Positions 40,638-58,320 of a stretch of 64,000 bases of DNA are shown in pieces. The notes under the pieces are model-generated. The model worked only from the letters and a program-made list of their open reading frames with translations, was not told the DNA's origin and ran no database searches. Source of the DNA: Piromyces finnis finn. Lineage: Eukaryota > Fungi > Neocallimastigomycota. The position numbers and the translations under genes are program-made. How positions within the stretch are numbered: position 1 is the stretch's first letter; each line of letters begins with the position of its first letter. Where the stretch lies: the NCBI GenBank assembly GCA_002104945.1, contig MCFH01000006.1, positions 558,001 to 622,000 of the forward strand, read 5' to 3'.

Positions 40638-41384
40638 TGTAAATATATTTAATACTATTCTTATATTCTATTGTTTTTTATTTATTTATTTATTTATTTA
40701 TTTGTATTGTTTTTTTTTTTTTTTTTTTTTTTTTCCTTTATATTTTTCAATATAAATTATTGTTAAAATACAATTTTAAAGATATTCTTGTATTATTTTA
40801 CAAAAAGTATAAAAATATATAATGCTGCTGTATAAAGCTATATAAATAACATTTTTTTAATTAGTATATTAATATATATGATTTAATGATTTCTTTTTTC
40901 TTTTTTTCTTTTATTTTATCACTAATATTCATATATATTTTTATTTACTATATTAAAGAAAGATTTTTTTTATAAAATAATTGAATATTTTACAAAAAAA
41001 GTTAAAAAGTTTCGTTTTAAAAATGATTTCTTGTAAATTCAATATAACAAACAATAAATATTACATAAAAATAACTAAAGTATATATTTACAGTATCACT
41101 AAAAAAGAAATTTATTTTATTTTTTTTTTTATTTTGTTAAATTTATATTTAATAATTATTTAATTATATAGATTGACTTAACATTTATAAAGTTAATTTT
41201 GGATCAAATTTAGTATTTTTAGATTTTCCCCAAGTTTATTAAAGGAGACAATTTTTTGATTTTAAAAATTAGTTGAAAAAAAATTATTTGTAAAATAAAG
41301 ATTAAATATAAAAGTATTAAAACAATATAATAAATAATAAAATATACATATACGTAAAATTTATTTTAAATATTATAAAGTATA

Positions 41385-41568
41385 ATGAGGATTAATAGAG
41401 CCTTTGGTTCTTCATTTGAATCAATACCCAGAGAAACAAATAATAATAATAATAATAACGGCATAAGGTTTTCATTTAGTAATAATGATAATAACAGCAC
41501 AGGATTTACATTTAATAATAATAATAATAATAATAATAACAATAATAATAACGGCAGAGGGTTTTCAT

Positions 41569-41601
<33 letters not shown>

Positions 41602-41669
41602 TCTTTGGTTTTTCATTTGGATCAACATCAAGTGGAATAAGCAGTAACAACAACAACAACAACAACAAC

Positions 41670-41709
<40 letters not shown>

Positions 41710-44432
41710 GTAATAGTAGTAGCAATAATAATAATAGTAGCACCACCACCAATAATAACAACAATAATAATTTCATTAATATTAATCTATTCCCAGAAAC
41801 TGAAAAAAGAAATAAAATTATTGATTATATAAAAAATGATGATTTATCTGGCTTAAAAAGCTATATTGAAGATGATGCTAATAATGTTCATTTAGATCAA
41901 TTAAACATACCAAAGAAGTTCGATTTTATTATAAATGCTATACAACAAAATGCATCTAATAGTATAATTCAATATTTACTTCAACATCCATGTTACAATT
42001 CTATTAATATCAAAATCCCACATATTGTACATACTGATACACCTCTTTTTACCGCCATAGCCAATAATAGATTTGATTTAGCTGACTTATTTATAGCTAA
42101 TTATAATTTAGATATTAATCAAGAAAATGATATTATTGAAGATTTGAATCAAATTCATTTATTAAATTACAAAAATTTAAGATATATTTTGAGGCATGGT
42201 TATGACAAAAATAATATTACTAATAGTATGATCAAATCATTAATATCACAATTTCCATTTTTAAATAAATGTCTGAATATTATTTTTGAACATTTCATAT
42301 TTGATAATACATTCATTTTAAATTTATTAACCTATTATAAAAATAATAAGCCCTTATCGAAAGATAGCCTAAATGGGTTAATAAATAATGAAAAAGGTAA
42401 AATTAAGTTTGATTCTGATATTTATAAGTTTGCAATTGCTAATCAAAAATATGCCTACCTTAAAGTTTTATTTGAAAATGATTCAAGTTCAATGGACACT
42501 CTTATATTTAGAACTTTAAATTATGATCTTTTAAAATACGCAATTAAAATTAATAACTTAGATTTTGTTAAAAGTATATTAAATTATAATATTTATTCTT
42601 TTAAAAACATTCTTTCTGAGTTAAGTGAAGGAGCAAAATTCAATTGCAATGTGGAAATTCAAGAATTGTTAATAAAAACAGCCTATAAAATTGCTTTTAG
42701 TACTGTATATGGAGATAGAGATAATGATAAATCGATAACTAATGAAGTTATTAATGATGATGATACTAGTAACAATGAAAGTCCTAAAAATATTTCAAAT
42801 AATACTAGTACAAAACCGGTAACTAATGTTTCAGTTAGTGAAGACCCAGTAACTAGTACAAAACCAAAAATTACTTATTCTTTTAGTAATGTATTACCAA
42901 CTACATTTGATCAATCTTCACAAAATAATTTAAACAACAATTTGAATGATACATCTAATAATAATAATAATAATAAAGAAAAAGAAAACGATTCAGATTA
43001 CGTTTTTAATAAGCATATTAATTGCATATTAAATACAGTTATTAAGACAAAAAATATAAATTTAGTTAAATATTTAATGGAAAACGATGAATTTCGAACT
43101 ATTGATTTAAATATCAATGATATAAATGAAGAATATACAATTAACGCTGCTCTCCAATCCAATGATCCTGAAATAGTTGAGTATTTGTTAAAGCATGGTG
43201 CCGATAGTAATACAAAAAATTTAAATGGCAATACATTACTTTCTCAAGCTATTCAAAATAATCAATATGATATTGTAAAATGTTTGTTAGATTACAATGT
43301 TAATGTTATGGAGAAGGATGTAAATAACAATTATCCTTTAATAAAAGCAATTCATGCCAATAATCTTTACATAATTCAATTATTAATTATGTATGGAATT
43401 AAAAATAAAATAGATTTGAACTGTTTAGACGTTAATGGAAACACCCCTTTAACATTAGCCTATCGTCATGGTTATTTTGAACTTTTTAGAGTACTTGCTA
43501 AATTTCTAAATATAAATATGAAAGATTGTAATGGCAATACTCCATTATACTATGCCATTCTTAATAATGATGAAAAAATAATAAATGACTTATGTACTTT
43601 AGGAGCAGATGTAAATTACAGAAATAATGATGGTTACTCCATTTTAGATATAGCATTAACTAGTGGTAATAAAAATATCTTTTTAACCTTATTAAAACAA
43701 GCAAATACTATTCAATTAAATGAATCTAACCAAAAAGCAGAAGCACTCATAATTACAATTATGAAAACACAGTTAAGTCTATATACTATAAATGACAAAA
43801 TAATTATAATTAAGCAATTAATTGGCAAAGGAGCTAATATTAATGCTGTTGATACTACTGGAAATTATACGCCTCTCGTATTAGCTGTTCAAAATCGATC
43901 TCTTGAATTAGTGAAACTCTTAATTGAGAATGGAGCTAATGTTAATTTTGTTAGTAAAAATTCAAGCATGAGTATTTTAATGCTGGCTATTAATATAGGT
44001 GAAATTGAAATTGTAAAATATTTATTAAAATGCAATGCCAATGTTAATTATATCAATAGTGCTGGTAAATCACCATTAAAAAATGCCTTGAAACAAGAAA
44101 ATCATTTGATATTCTTAACTCTGGCAAAAACAAACATAAAAAGTATCAAAGGCAATTTATTAATTCCAATAATTCGAAAAGGAAACTTGAAAGTTTTAAA
44201 AGAATTGATAAATTATGGATTAGATATAGATACCATAGTTGAAAACGGCAACACTTTATTAGCTCAAGCTATAATAGATAGACAAGTGTCAATTGTTGAT
44301 TATTTAGTTGATAATGGGGCCAATGTTTTTAGTGTTAATAGTCATGGTAATACTATTATGGATCTCTGCAGAAATAGTATTATGAATAGTAATAATAATG
44401 TTTACATAAAAATTCAAAAACTATGTGGATAA
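41385..44432 (+). CDS. Ankyrin-repeat protein, 1015 aa, single exon, with an Asn-rich N-terminus carrying FxF motifs
   Basis: Many ankyrin units, for example TDTPLFTAI, GNTLLSQAI, GNTPLTLAY, GNTPLYYAI, YTPLVLAV and GKSPLKNAL. N-terminal poly-N is interleaved with FSF/FTF/FG motifs. Confidence 0.92.
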
Positions 44433-45131
44433 GCTATTTTAAATTATTATTAGACCTAATAATAAACATAATAATAATAAACATAATAATGATAATAATA
44501 ATAGATGGATAGTGATGATAGTAATAATGACTTTTAACCCTCTTTTTAATTAAAGTTTAACATTAAAAAATTGATGAATTTGATGTTTATAACGTTACAC
44601 AAAAATGCACAATGTTTGTTTACTTTTTTAATTTAATTAAAATTAAATTTTTTATATTTTTTTCTTAATTTGAATAAACCATAAAATTCTTAATTTTAAT
44701 AATTATCAACAAGTAATAAGCTTTTATTAATATTTACACTTTTGGGAAAAAACATGGTATGGAGGTTAATTAATGATTAAAATTTATGTTATTTTATTAT
44801 AAAATCATATTGTAAAGGATATTCTTTTTAATATATTTTATTATAGAATATATAAATAAAATGAAAAAGTTTTGATCCTATTATAGATTTATTTTTTAAT
44901 TGAAATCACCCCACTAAAAAACAAATTAAAAAAGAATATTATAAGTATAGCAATAAATAGCAATAAATCAATAATTTAATAAAATATGACAATATGACCT
45001 TCTCATTAATTCATCATCATCATCAATTCTCATAATAGAATTCCTTATTAAAAGTGTATCTATAATTAATTAAAAATAAGTAAATATATAGTTATAGTCA
45101 ATAAATTTAAAAATAGAAAAAATATATACTA

Positions 45132-45134
<3 letters not shown>

Positions 45135-45184
<50 letters not shown>

Positions 45185-45186
45185 GT

Positions 45187-45277
<91 letters not shown>
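45135..45277. repeat. Compound (TTA)n to (TTTA)n microsatellite
   Basis: A TTA run switches directly to a TTTA run with occasional TTTTA. Confidence 0.9.
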
Positions 45278-45278
<1 letters not shown>

Positions 45279-47494
45279 TAAAATAAATTTTTTTTTTAAC
45301 ATTTTATTCTATAATTTTCTATTTTGTTTTGCTCTTTTTTTTCTTGTCAATATCACCAGAACAAATCAAATAATCTCAAAAAAAAAAAAATTCAAAATTT
45401 AGCATTAGATTAGCCGCAGTTTAAATCATTGTTCCTTGAGGGTAGTGGTTAATTTTCAATTCAAAATGAACTAAAAATCATTCAACACCATTTATTTGAA
45501 TTGAAAATAAAAATAGCATATTACAATATAATGTGATTTATATTATATTATATATTATTTATGTGTTTTATCCATACAAGAGTACATCACATGCCCTATT
45601 TATAATAGATTGATCTTGTGAATATATTATTTATGTACATTTATACATATAATAATGTATTACATGTCTTATTTATATAGAATTTGATCTTGTGAATGGA
45701 CTTTCTCCTAACATATATATTAAAGATAACATGAGTTTTGTTATTAATACAAACAAATAGTATTATAATATATTAAAATATTAATTATTATTTTTAGTTT
45801 AATTTAAAAAGAATATACTAAGAATTTACTTTAAATATATTACCAATATATTAAATAAATTCATAAAAATGATATGATGACTTTTTAAAGTTATTAATAA
45901 AATAACGTTTTTATTTAAAATATATTACAATATAATACATAATATATTATTTTAATTTCTTTTTGTTTGTTTTATTTTATAAATTTTAATTCTAGTAAAA
46001 AAAAAAGATAAATAATTATATATATTATATATAATACATTATATTCTAATATATTAGAAAGGTTTCTCAATTGAAAATATCAAATGTTGATTATAAAAAA
46101 AAAGAAAAATTTTAGATTAAATAATTTTAAAAGATTAATTTTTCACTTTCAGATAATTTTTATTATTAATAATAATTAATTATCATTCCACCATTTTTTA
46201 ATTGTCAAAAAAAAAAAAAAAACTATATAAAATTCTCTTTTTCTTATTTTTAAAAGAAAAAATAATAAAATTCTATTTTTCTTCCTAAAAAAAAAAAAAA
46301 AAAAAAATTAACACCAATGTTAATCTAAAAAATCAACATTCAACAACAACAAAAGTAATTGTGTTTTTTTATATTATAACATTGATAAAAAATTGTAATT
46401 GTTATAATATTTAAAAATACTTTTTTTTTTTTTCTACTCTTTTTCAAAAAATAAACTCAGAAGAAAAAGGATAAATGAATGTAAATATCAAGAAAATAAA
46501 TCTTTAAACTTTTTTATATCAAGAAAAAAAATAAACGATAATATAATACTATTAATTATTTTAAACGACTATACTAAATTCATACTCTTTATAGAATTAA
46601 AATTCACATTGTATATAATATACTTTTATCAAATATTTTCTCCTTTGTCTTTTAATTTCAAATTCAATTTTATTTTTAACCAGTATTATTAATATTAGAA
46701 TAAATCATTTATGTTAACATTATCTATTTCATATTATTATTTTCTTTTTTGTATTTCTCGTCTCGTTATTTCAATTATTGTATAATACAACAAACTATAT
46801 ATATAACATTTTAGATAATTCGGTAAACCTTTATATTCATTTTCAGTAATAAAAAGATAGAAAAAAAGGACTTTTTTTAAAAAAAAAAAGATAAAACCAT
46901 AGTATTATCTGCGAAAAAAATTGCATATCTCAGTAAAAAGAAAGGTCAAAATAAAGGAATAATAAGCTCTTATCGAAAAAAAAAAAGTAAGAAAAAGGAA
47001 AAAAGAAAGTAAAAAATTTAAAGGTAAACCTACACAAATGAATAAAGCATTATTTTATTTTTACTATAATTATAATAAATATTAATTGAGAATAATAATA
47101 ATGTATATATGTTTTTCTCAGTTATTATTTGTGAACTGATAAGATTTAAAATACCCTTTTTCAATATATATAGTTTTATAATAAAAATAAATTTTATTGT
47201 AAAAAATTTTTTATATGAAAAAATGAAAAAATTTACTAAATTTATAATAATTATATAATATTTTTTATATATTTTAATTAATTTTTAATATGTTTTTAAT
47301 TATATTTTTTTATTCTTGTCCTTGAAAAAAGAAAGGAAAAAAAAAGTTGAAAAGAAAGCAAGAACTTTGAAAAAAAAAAAAAAACTTTAATTTTTTTAAA
47401 CATTTCAAAGAAAGTTTTTTTTTACTATTGTTCAATAATAATAAAAAATATTTCAAAGAAAATTATTATAGTTCAATCTGACCAATAAGAAAAA

Positions 47495-49785
47495 ATGTCA
47501 AATTATCAAACTTTTGATTCCGTGAACAAAAATTCACAAAATTCCCAATTACCAAATTCTTTATCTAATAGTAATTTAGATAATAACATTCAAAGAGATC
47601 GCTCATCTTCAATTACATCCTTAGAAGATGTTATAATCAATGATCCAGGTTATAATGGTTCAACATTTTCAAGTGTTCTTACATTATGTAATACTATTTT
47701 TGGAGCAGGAATGCTCACTATTGTATGTCTATTTTTGTTATTCGTATACAAATATTATTAAAAATTACTTTAAAAAGAAAAAATACAAAATACATATGCT
47801 ATGAATAATTTTAATTAATTAATATTTATATTAAACATTTTATATAGCCTTATGCTATTTCAGTCATAGGTTTAATTAATGGTATTATTGCGATAGTCGT
47901 ATTTGGATGTTCATCATTATTTACCCTTTGCCTTCTTGTTTCATGTGCTAAAGCTGTTGGTGGAAGAAATGTTTCATTCTTTTCAATTTCCGCATGTACT
48001 TATCCAAAAATTTCAATTGTATTTGATTTAGCTGTTGGAATTAAATGTTTTGGTGTATCAATATCGTATCTTGTTATTATTGGAGACTTGGTAAATTAAA
48101 GATATCCATATTTATTATATTATAAAATAGTTTAATGATATATAAAGATGTCGATAGGTACATTTAACTAAACTATTATTATTAATATATTATTATACTA
48201 TCAATAGTTACCAAAAGTAACCCTCGGTTTATTCCCTAATATACCAAAAGATTCTGTAACCCTTACTAGTTTGTTTTGGATTACTATGAGTATGCTTATA
48301 GTTGTTCCATTATCATTCCAAAAGGTAAACCTTTGAAATAATAATAATAATAAATATATAAAGATTATTCATATTACTTTTTATTAAAATAATTAAAAAA
48401 AAATTTTTTTTTTTTTTTTATAATTTTGTAGTCATTAAGTTCTTTAAAGTATGCTTCAACAATTTCATTAATATCAGTTAGTTATATTGCTATTTTGGTA
48501 GCGTACTTCTTTTTCAGTGGTAGTAGACCAATGAAAAATGTTGATAATGATATTATACCATTAATGTTTTCTTCAAATTCCACAGATAATTCACAGTACA
48601 ATGCCCTTAATGATATTGCTTACTTTAAATGGTCATTAAATTTCTTTAGAGTATTACCAATATTTGTATTTGCCTACACATGTCATCAAAATGTAAGTAA
48701 AAAAAAAAAAAAAAAAAAGAAATATTAAATTTTCAAATAATATATATATAAATGTAATTACTATTTGTTTAATTATAAATATAATTAATATTTAAATTAT
48801 TTATAAATATAAATAGATTTTAACTGTTTTTAATGAAATGAAAATCACTTCAAGACGTAGAGATAATCGTCAGAAAAAAGCTGCAGTATCTTCAATAGTC
48901 TCAATCATTATAGCTATCAGTGTCTATTTAACTATCGGTATTACAGGTTATTTAACCTTTGGAAGTAAAACTAAATCAAATATTATATCCATGTATCCAC
49001 CATCCAATAAATTAGTACTTACAGCCCAACTTTTATTAGCTCTTATGGTGTGCACATGTTTTGCTTTACAATGTCACCCAGCAAGAAAGTCCTTTGGAAA
49101 TGTTATTAATTATTTAAGAACAATAAAGAAGCGTAGTGGATATGAACCACTTTTACAAACTGAAGGATCACCAATAAAAGAAGATAATAATGATGATAAC
49201 AATGATGAAAATAAGCCATTACTTTTTAAAACAAAGTCACAACCTCTTATTACTGCACCTTTACTAATTAAAAAGGAATCTCAAGAATCATTAAACTTTG
49301 CCTCATCTTCAGTTTCTACTACCGAAACTTCAATCATTAATTCTATATTAAGAGAACCAAAATTAGAAATAAGTAAAAGTTTAAACGATTTGGATAATAT
49401 ATTAAAAAACAATAAATCATATCAATATCAAAATAATTCAATTTCAATTTCAATTCCACCAGCAATTGTTAATACCAACTCTATCGAAACCCAATCTTTT
49501 GAACTTTCAAATACTTTACATAATTGTATAACATCCATTATTTTAATATTAACCTATACCATTGCTTGTTCTGTAAAAGATCTTAGTACTGTTCTTGCAG
49601 TAGTTGGAGCTACTGGTAGTACAACTATATGTTATATTCTTCCTGGATTACTTTATTATAAAATTAAAAAGGATGAAAGAGGTGATCAAAAATCAACATT
49701 TATAATGAAATTAGCATTAGTAATTTCTTTTGCTGGTATTTTACTTATGTGTAATTCATTATTCTTTATTTTTGCCAAAATTTAA
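47495..49785 (+). CDS. AAAP/Aa_trans-family amino acid transporter (AVT5/6/7-like, SLC38-related), 5 exons
   Basis: Exons 47495-47722, 47848-48090, 48208-48324, 48432-48692 and 48817-49785, all GT-AG. Motifs NTIFGAGMLTIPYA, FDLAVGIKCFGVSISYLVIIGD, FAYTCHQN, GYLTFG and VGATGSTTICYILPG. Confidence 0.92.
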
Positions 49786-52754
49786 ATTTTAATATATATA
49801 TATATAATTTGTATATATGTATTTTTGTATTTTTTTGATTCATTATAAAATATTTTTTAATTTATTTTCCTTTTTTTTTTTTTTTTTTTCATAATTGACA
49901 AATATTATTAACCCTTTATTTGTAATTTCAATTGAAATTAATTATAATGGGACTAAATAACACTTTTTTTTTTTTAAAAAAAAAAATGTTAATTACACTA
50001 CTATTTCCTTCCCTTTTATTTATTAAAATATATATTTATTTCTTTTTTTTTTTTCTTTTTAAAAAAAAAAAATACATATCTACCTAAAACGAACACTTAA
50101 TATTGGAGGAGTGTTTTGTGATTCAGTTTTATAAAAAAAAAAAAAAAAGTAATAAATATTATTATTTAAAATGACATAAAAAAAAAAAACCTAATGAATT
50201 ATTTAATTTTTTAAATAATTCAATAAAAATTGTAATAACAATTCAAACAGACCTTTTTCTTCCTTCTCTTTCAACCATAATAATTATTAGCAAAAAAAAA
50301 AAAAAAAGAATTTGGTGTATTTTATTTTACCAGTTATTTCCAAATTTAAAATAAATAATTTTATAGAGAAACTAAATAAATAAATAAAAAGTATTAAATA
50401 AATTATAATAAATAAAGTTTTATTTTTGTATCAAATATGAAAAAGTAAGGTTACACAAATATGAGTTAGGTGGTTGTTACTTTTTTTGTTAAACGATTTA
50501 AAAGGCTTTTTTTTTATAATTAATTTCTAATTAAGGAAATGCTTTTTTTACATAAAAAGAAATGCATATTTAATTTAAAAGTTTAAGAGAACACACCTTT
50601 TTTTTTTTAAAATAATAATAATAAAAACATTGATAACAGTATAAATTATTATTTTTTATATATTAATATAAAATATATCATATTATATAATCAATAAACA
50701 GCAGCAGCATTTATACTATATTAATTCTATTTGATATGATTAAATTAAGAAAAAAAAAAACTTTTTAGTTATTATTATTAAATCATCAATTTCAATTAAA
50801 ATCTAAAGAATTTCCCAAAAAAAAAGTAAATGTCAATTTATTTTAGGTATTAATTCTTGGAAATTCATTCAATCTCAGCATAATATTAATATTTATAACA
50901 TGACATAGATTTTTTTTATCAAAATATTGCATTACTTTAATATTCATATTAATAATTTATTGCATATACATTCATACTTTTTTTTTTTTTTTGCGAATCT
51001 TCTATTTTATTTATAATCCACAATTTATAATTTTAGTTAAAATGGAGATTCTAAAATAAAAAAAAATAAAATCTTGCATAAAAAAGCAGTCATATTCATT
51101 TTTAGTTATACCAAGAAGATGTTAATATGTTTATATTAAATATATAAAATATAGTTGGAATTACTAGGACTATGAATATATCAATTATCATGGTCAACTC
51201 ATATTATTTGACTCTAACCCTTTCAACTAAAATAATGAATAACTAAATAATGTTATTGATATATTATATATTATATTTATATAGAATTAATATAATATAT
51301 TATATATTAATATAACTAATATATTAACCTAACAAAAATTATTTGTGGAATAAGAAATTTTAATAATTATAGTGCTTAAATTTTATCCATATAAATATAT
51401 ATTAGAATAAATTGTAATATATGATATTTTAGATTATTGGTAGTGTAACACAATTTAATTTACATTAATATAACATATAATCTATTTTAATATATTATAC
51501 CAGTAACATTATTTTTTTCAATATTATATTAAATAATAAATTATGCCTACATTTAAATTAATAATTTATTTAATATTAAAATATATTATATTTGAATATA
51601 CATATTAATATAATGATAGTACAAATATAAATTAAATTATATATAATAAAGTTTGGAAATACATTTAAATAAATGGATTTGTTTTTTATATTAAAATTTC
51701 TAGTTTTATTTATAGGATCTATATATTATAGTGTTAACCGCGCAATAAATAAAAAAATTGAAATCTTAAAAAGAGGTACTTTATATATTAAAGTTTATTT
51801 ATTATTATTTTAAATATATGATGTAAATTGATAATAAATTGATAGTTAAATATATAGATTATTAATTTTTTTTTTTATTTAATTATTTATTTATATCCAT
51901 TTTCTAGTTTAATTTTTTTTTTTTTTTAACTTTATACTTTTGTTAAAAAAAATAAGATTTTAAAAAAAAAGGAAAAGTATTTTTTTTTTTTTTTTTAAAA
52001 TTTTATATTTTTTTAAAATAAATAGATAGATTAAAAAATAATAAATAACAAATAATAAAAGAAAAAGAACAATAAACAAGTATATTTGTAAACATAATTA
52101 AAATTATTACGATAAAAAAATTTTAGTTATGTTTATAAATTATTAGATTTTATAAAACCAAAATAAACAACAACATTATTAAAAAACAGCAACAATCCAA
52201 AAATAAAGGAAAATACAAAATACAAAATAAAAAAAAAAAAACATCTACAAAAAAAAAAACCCCTACAAAATATATTGTTTTTAAAAATTACAAATATTTT
52301 GCTTCCCCCGAAATTTCAATATTATTTTAATAACAATAATTAATAATTTAATTTTTTTTTATAAATACAATTGTTATAAAGTAAATCTTTTTTTTTTTTT
52401 TTTTAAATATAATTATTATAAAGTAAATCAAATAAGAAAATTCTTTTATAATACAAATATTAAAGAAAATCAAATATGAAAAACTAATTTATTATTTCTT
52501 GTTAAAATTATAATTATTAATATTCCTAAAATATCATAATATAAAATATCGAAAAATCTTTAAACCAATCGAAAATTATAATAGTATATAGAATAATAAT
52601 TTTACAAAAAATAAATAGACTTATACATATAATAAAATTAATAAAGGTAAAATATATTATTTATTTATAATATATTTAATATAAAAAAAAAAACAAAATA
52701 AAAATTAATAAATACATTAATAATAAATAAATAAAAGATATAAAGAAATAAAAA

Positions 52755-56034
<3,280 letters not shown>

Positions 56035-56379
56035 TCACATTAAAATATTATAAAATTTAAGAAGTTTTTTTTTTATTATAATTTATTGTATATTTTAATG
56101 TAACCCATTATTTTTATTAATACTATAATTATAAAGTCAAGACTATTTAAGAACTCTACTATCAAGATTTAATATCTTATCAAAATTTACCCAGTAATTG
56201 TCAATATTAAGAGGAATAGATATTTTTCTTCAAAACTATTACCAATATATAAAATATTGTTGAAAAAAGAAAGAAAAAAAAAAAAAAGAACAGAGATAAT
56301 AATATCAAAAAAAAAAAAAAAAAAAGAAAAAAAACCATAACAATTATATATATATATATATATAATGTTAATTTAATTA

Positions 56380-56897
56380 GTAAAAAAAAAAAAAAAAGTA
56401 AATAAATAAATATATATATTATAAATAAATATATATATATACATTCATATAACTTATTTAAATTAGTAAAAATCAAAAAATAATCTGAATCAAAAAATAA
56501 TCTGAACTAAAAAAGAAAGAATACAAACAAACAAACAAACAAAAAAAAAAAAATTAGAAACCCATTTTTATATACATTTGTAATAAAATATTAGTAATAT
56601 TTATAAATATTTTTTTTATATTGATGTTAATATTAAATGTAAAAAAAAAAAAAAAAGTAAATAAATAAATATATATATTATAAATAAATATATATATATA
56701 CATTCATATAACTTATTTAAATTAGTAAAAATCAAAAAATAATCTGAATCAAAAAATAATCTGAACTAAAAAAGAAAGAATACAAACAAACAAACAAACA
56801 AAAAAAAAAAAATTAGAAACCCATTTTTATATACATTTGTAATAAAATATTAGTAATATTTATAAATATTTTTTTTATATTGATGTTAATATTAAAT
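56380..56897. repeat. Near-perfect tandem duplication, period about 259 bp, 2 copies
   Basis: 56380-56638 is repeated at 56639-56897, differing only by about one base in a homopolymer or dinucleotide run. Confidence 0.92.
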
Positions 56898-57012
56898 AAA
56901 GTATATTTATATATATAATATAAAATAAATTCTTAAAGTTTCAGAGAGTTATATAGTTATATATTTTATAACATTTATTTTATTAAGCTTGATGTTAAGA
57001 AATTTTTAACTT

Positions 57013-57288
57013 TTAACTTTTTTTTTACTATATATGTTTTCTTTGATTAAAGTTAAAAAAAAAAAAAAGGGATTGATGTAAAGTTAGATTGAAAATTTTT
57101 TTTACCTTTAAATTGGAGATTTTAAAAATCATGTTATGTGTAAGAAAATTAACTTTTTTTTTACTATATATGTTTTCTTTGATTAAAGTTAAAAAAAAAA
57201 AAAAGGGATTGATGTAAAGTTAGATTGAAAATTTTTTTTACCTTTAAATTGGAGATTTTAAAAATCATGTTATGTGTAAGAAAATTAA
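57013..57288. repeat. Near-perfect tandem duplication, period about 136 bp, 2 copies
   Basis: The unit ttaacttttt...gggattgatgtaaagttagattg...gtgtaagaaaatt occurs twice back to back. Confidence 0.92.
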
Positions 57289-58320
57289 AAGTTTACATAT
57301 AACTATTTATTATATAAAGTTTTACAATGGAATTAGGAAAAACTATGTATTAAATTGTTAATAGAAAAACTTTAAAGAAATTAAAAAAAAAAAAGTATTA
57401 AATTTCTTTTGAAAACTATAAATATTATTTAATAAAGCTAAGTAGTTATTTTATTATATTCATAATAATATAATTTTGAATTTATTATTAATATTATATA
57501 AATAAACTTTTTATTATTATTATTATTATTATTATTAGTCTATTTTTAAACTAAAATTTGGTATACTAATTTTAATGATTATACATCATTAAAATTATAG
57601 TAATTTTTAAATTTTATTAATGAAAACTTTATTCTATATATCCTAATTAGAAATTTAATTAATATAATTATCAAAAAGGGTAATTATCTATAGACTATTA
57701 CCCTCTTTAGAATTTATAAATATAGGTTTTTCTTATAAATTATTGTATGTAATTTATACCATTAATATATATATATAAAAAAGGGAAAAATTTAATAATT
57801 TTTTTTTTTAATTAATAAATTCATTTTTGAAGTTTTTTTTTTTTTTTTTTTTTTTTTTACTAAAAAAATAGCTTTATTTATTAAAAAAAATATGAAATTA
57901 AATAAGTAAATAATTAAGTAAATAAAGAAATAAAGAAATAGAAAAATATCTATGAGTATTGTAGTAAACAATAGATGTATTTTTTTTTTTTTTACTGTAG
58001 CAAAATAAAATATTGAAAAAGAAGCATCAAGTATTATTAATTTTAATCTATTATTTTATCATGGAAGATTAAATGAAAAAAAAGAAATAATTATATTTAT
58101 ATACAGCTATAGATTAACACCTTTTTTTTTTACTTTAGAAAAAAAAATACAATATAAACTAATTACTTTTATATAAAATTAAATACCCTTCAAATTTATA
58201 CCTATTTACGTTTCAACGTTTCGGTTAATAGATTAATTTGAAAAACTTTTATTTTTTGAAAACTTTATCATACTCCCATACAATATATTTATATATATAT
58301 ATATAATATAAAAGAAAAAC

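Noticed and set aside
40760-40852. TG...CA-bounded stretch downstream of the Gag-like ORF as a possible LTR
   Set aside because: No matching copy was found upstream of the ORF, and there is no PBS or polypurine tract.
45570-45700. Two degenerate copies of about 45 bp ending in tgatcttgtgaat
   Set aside because: Only two short diverged copies with no stem or further units. It looks like an ordinary old local duplication.
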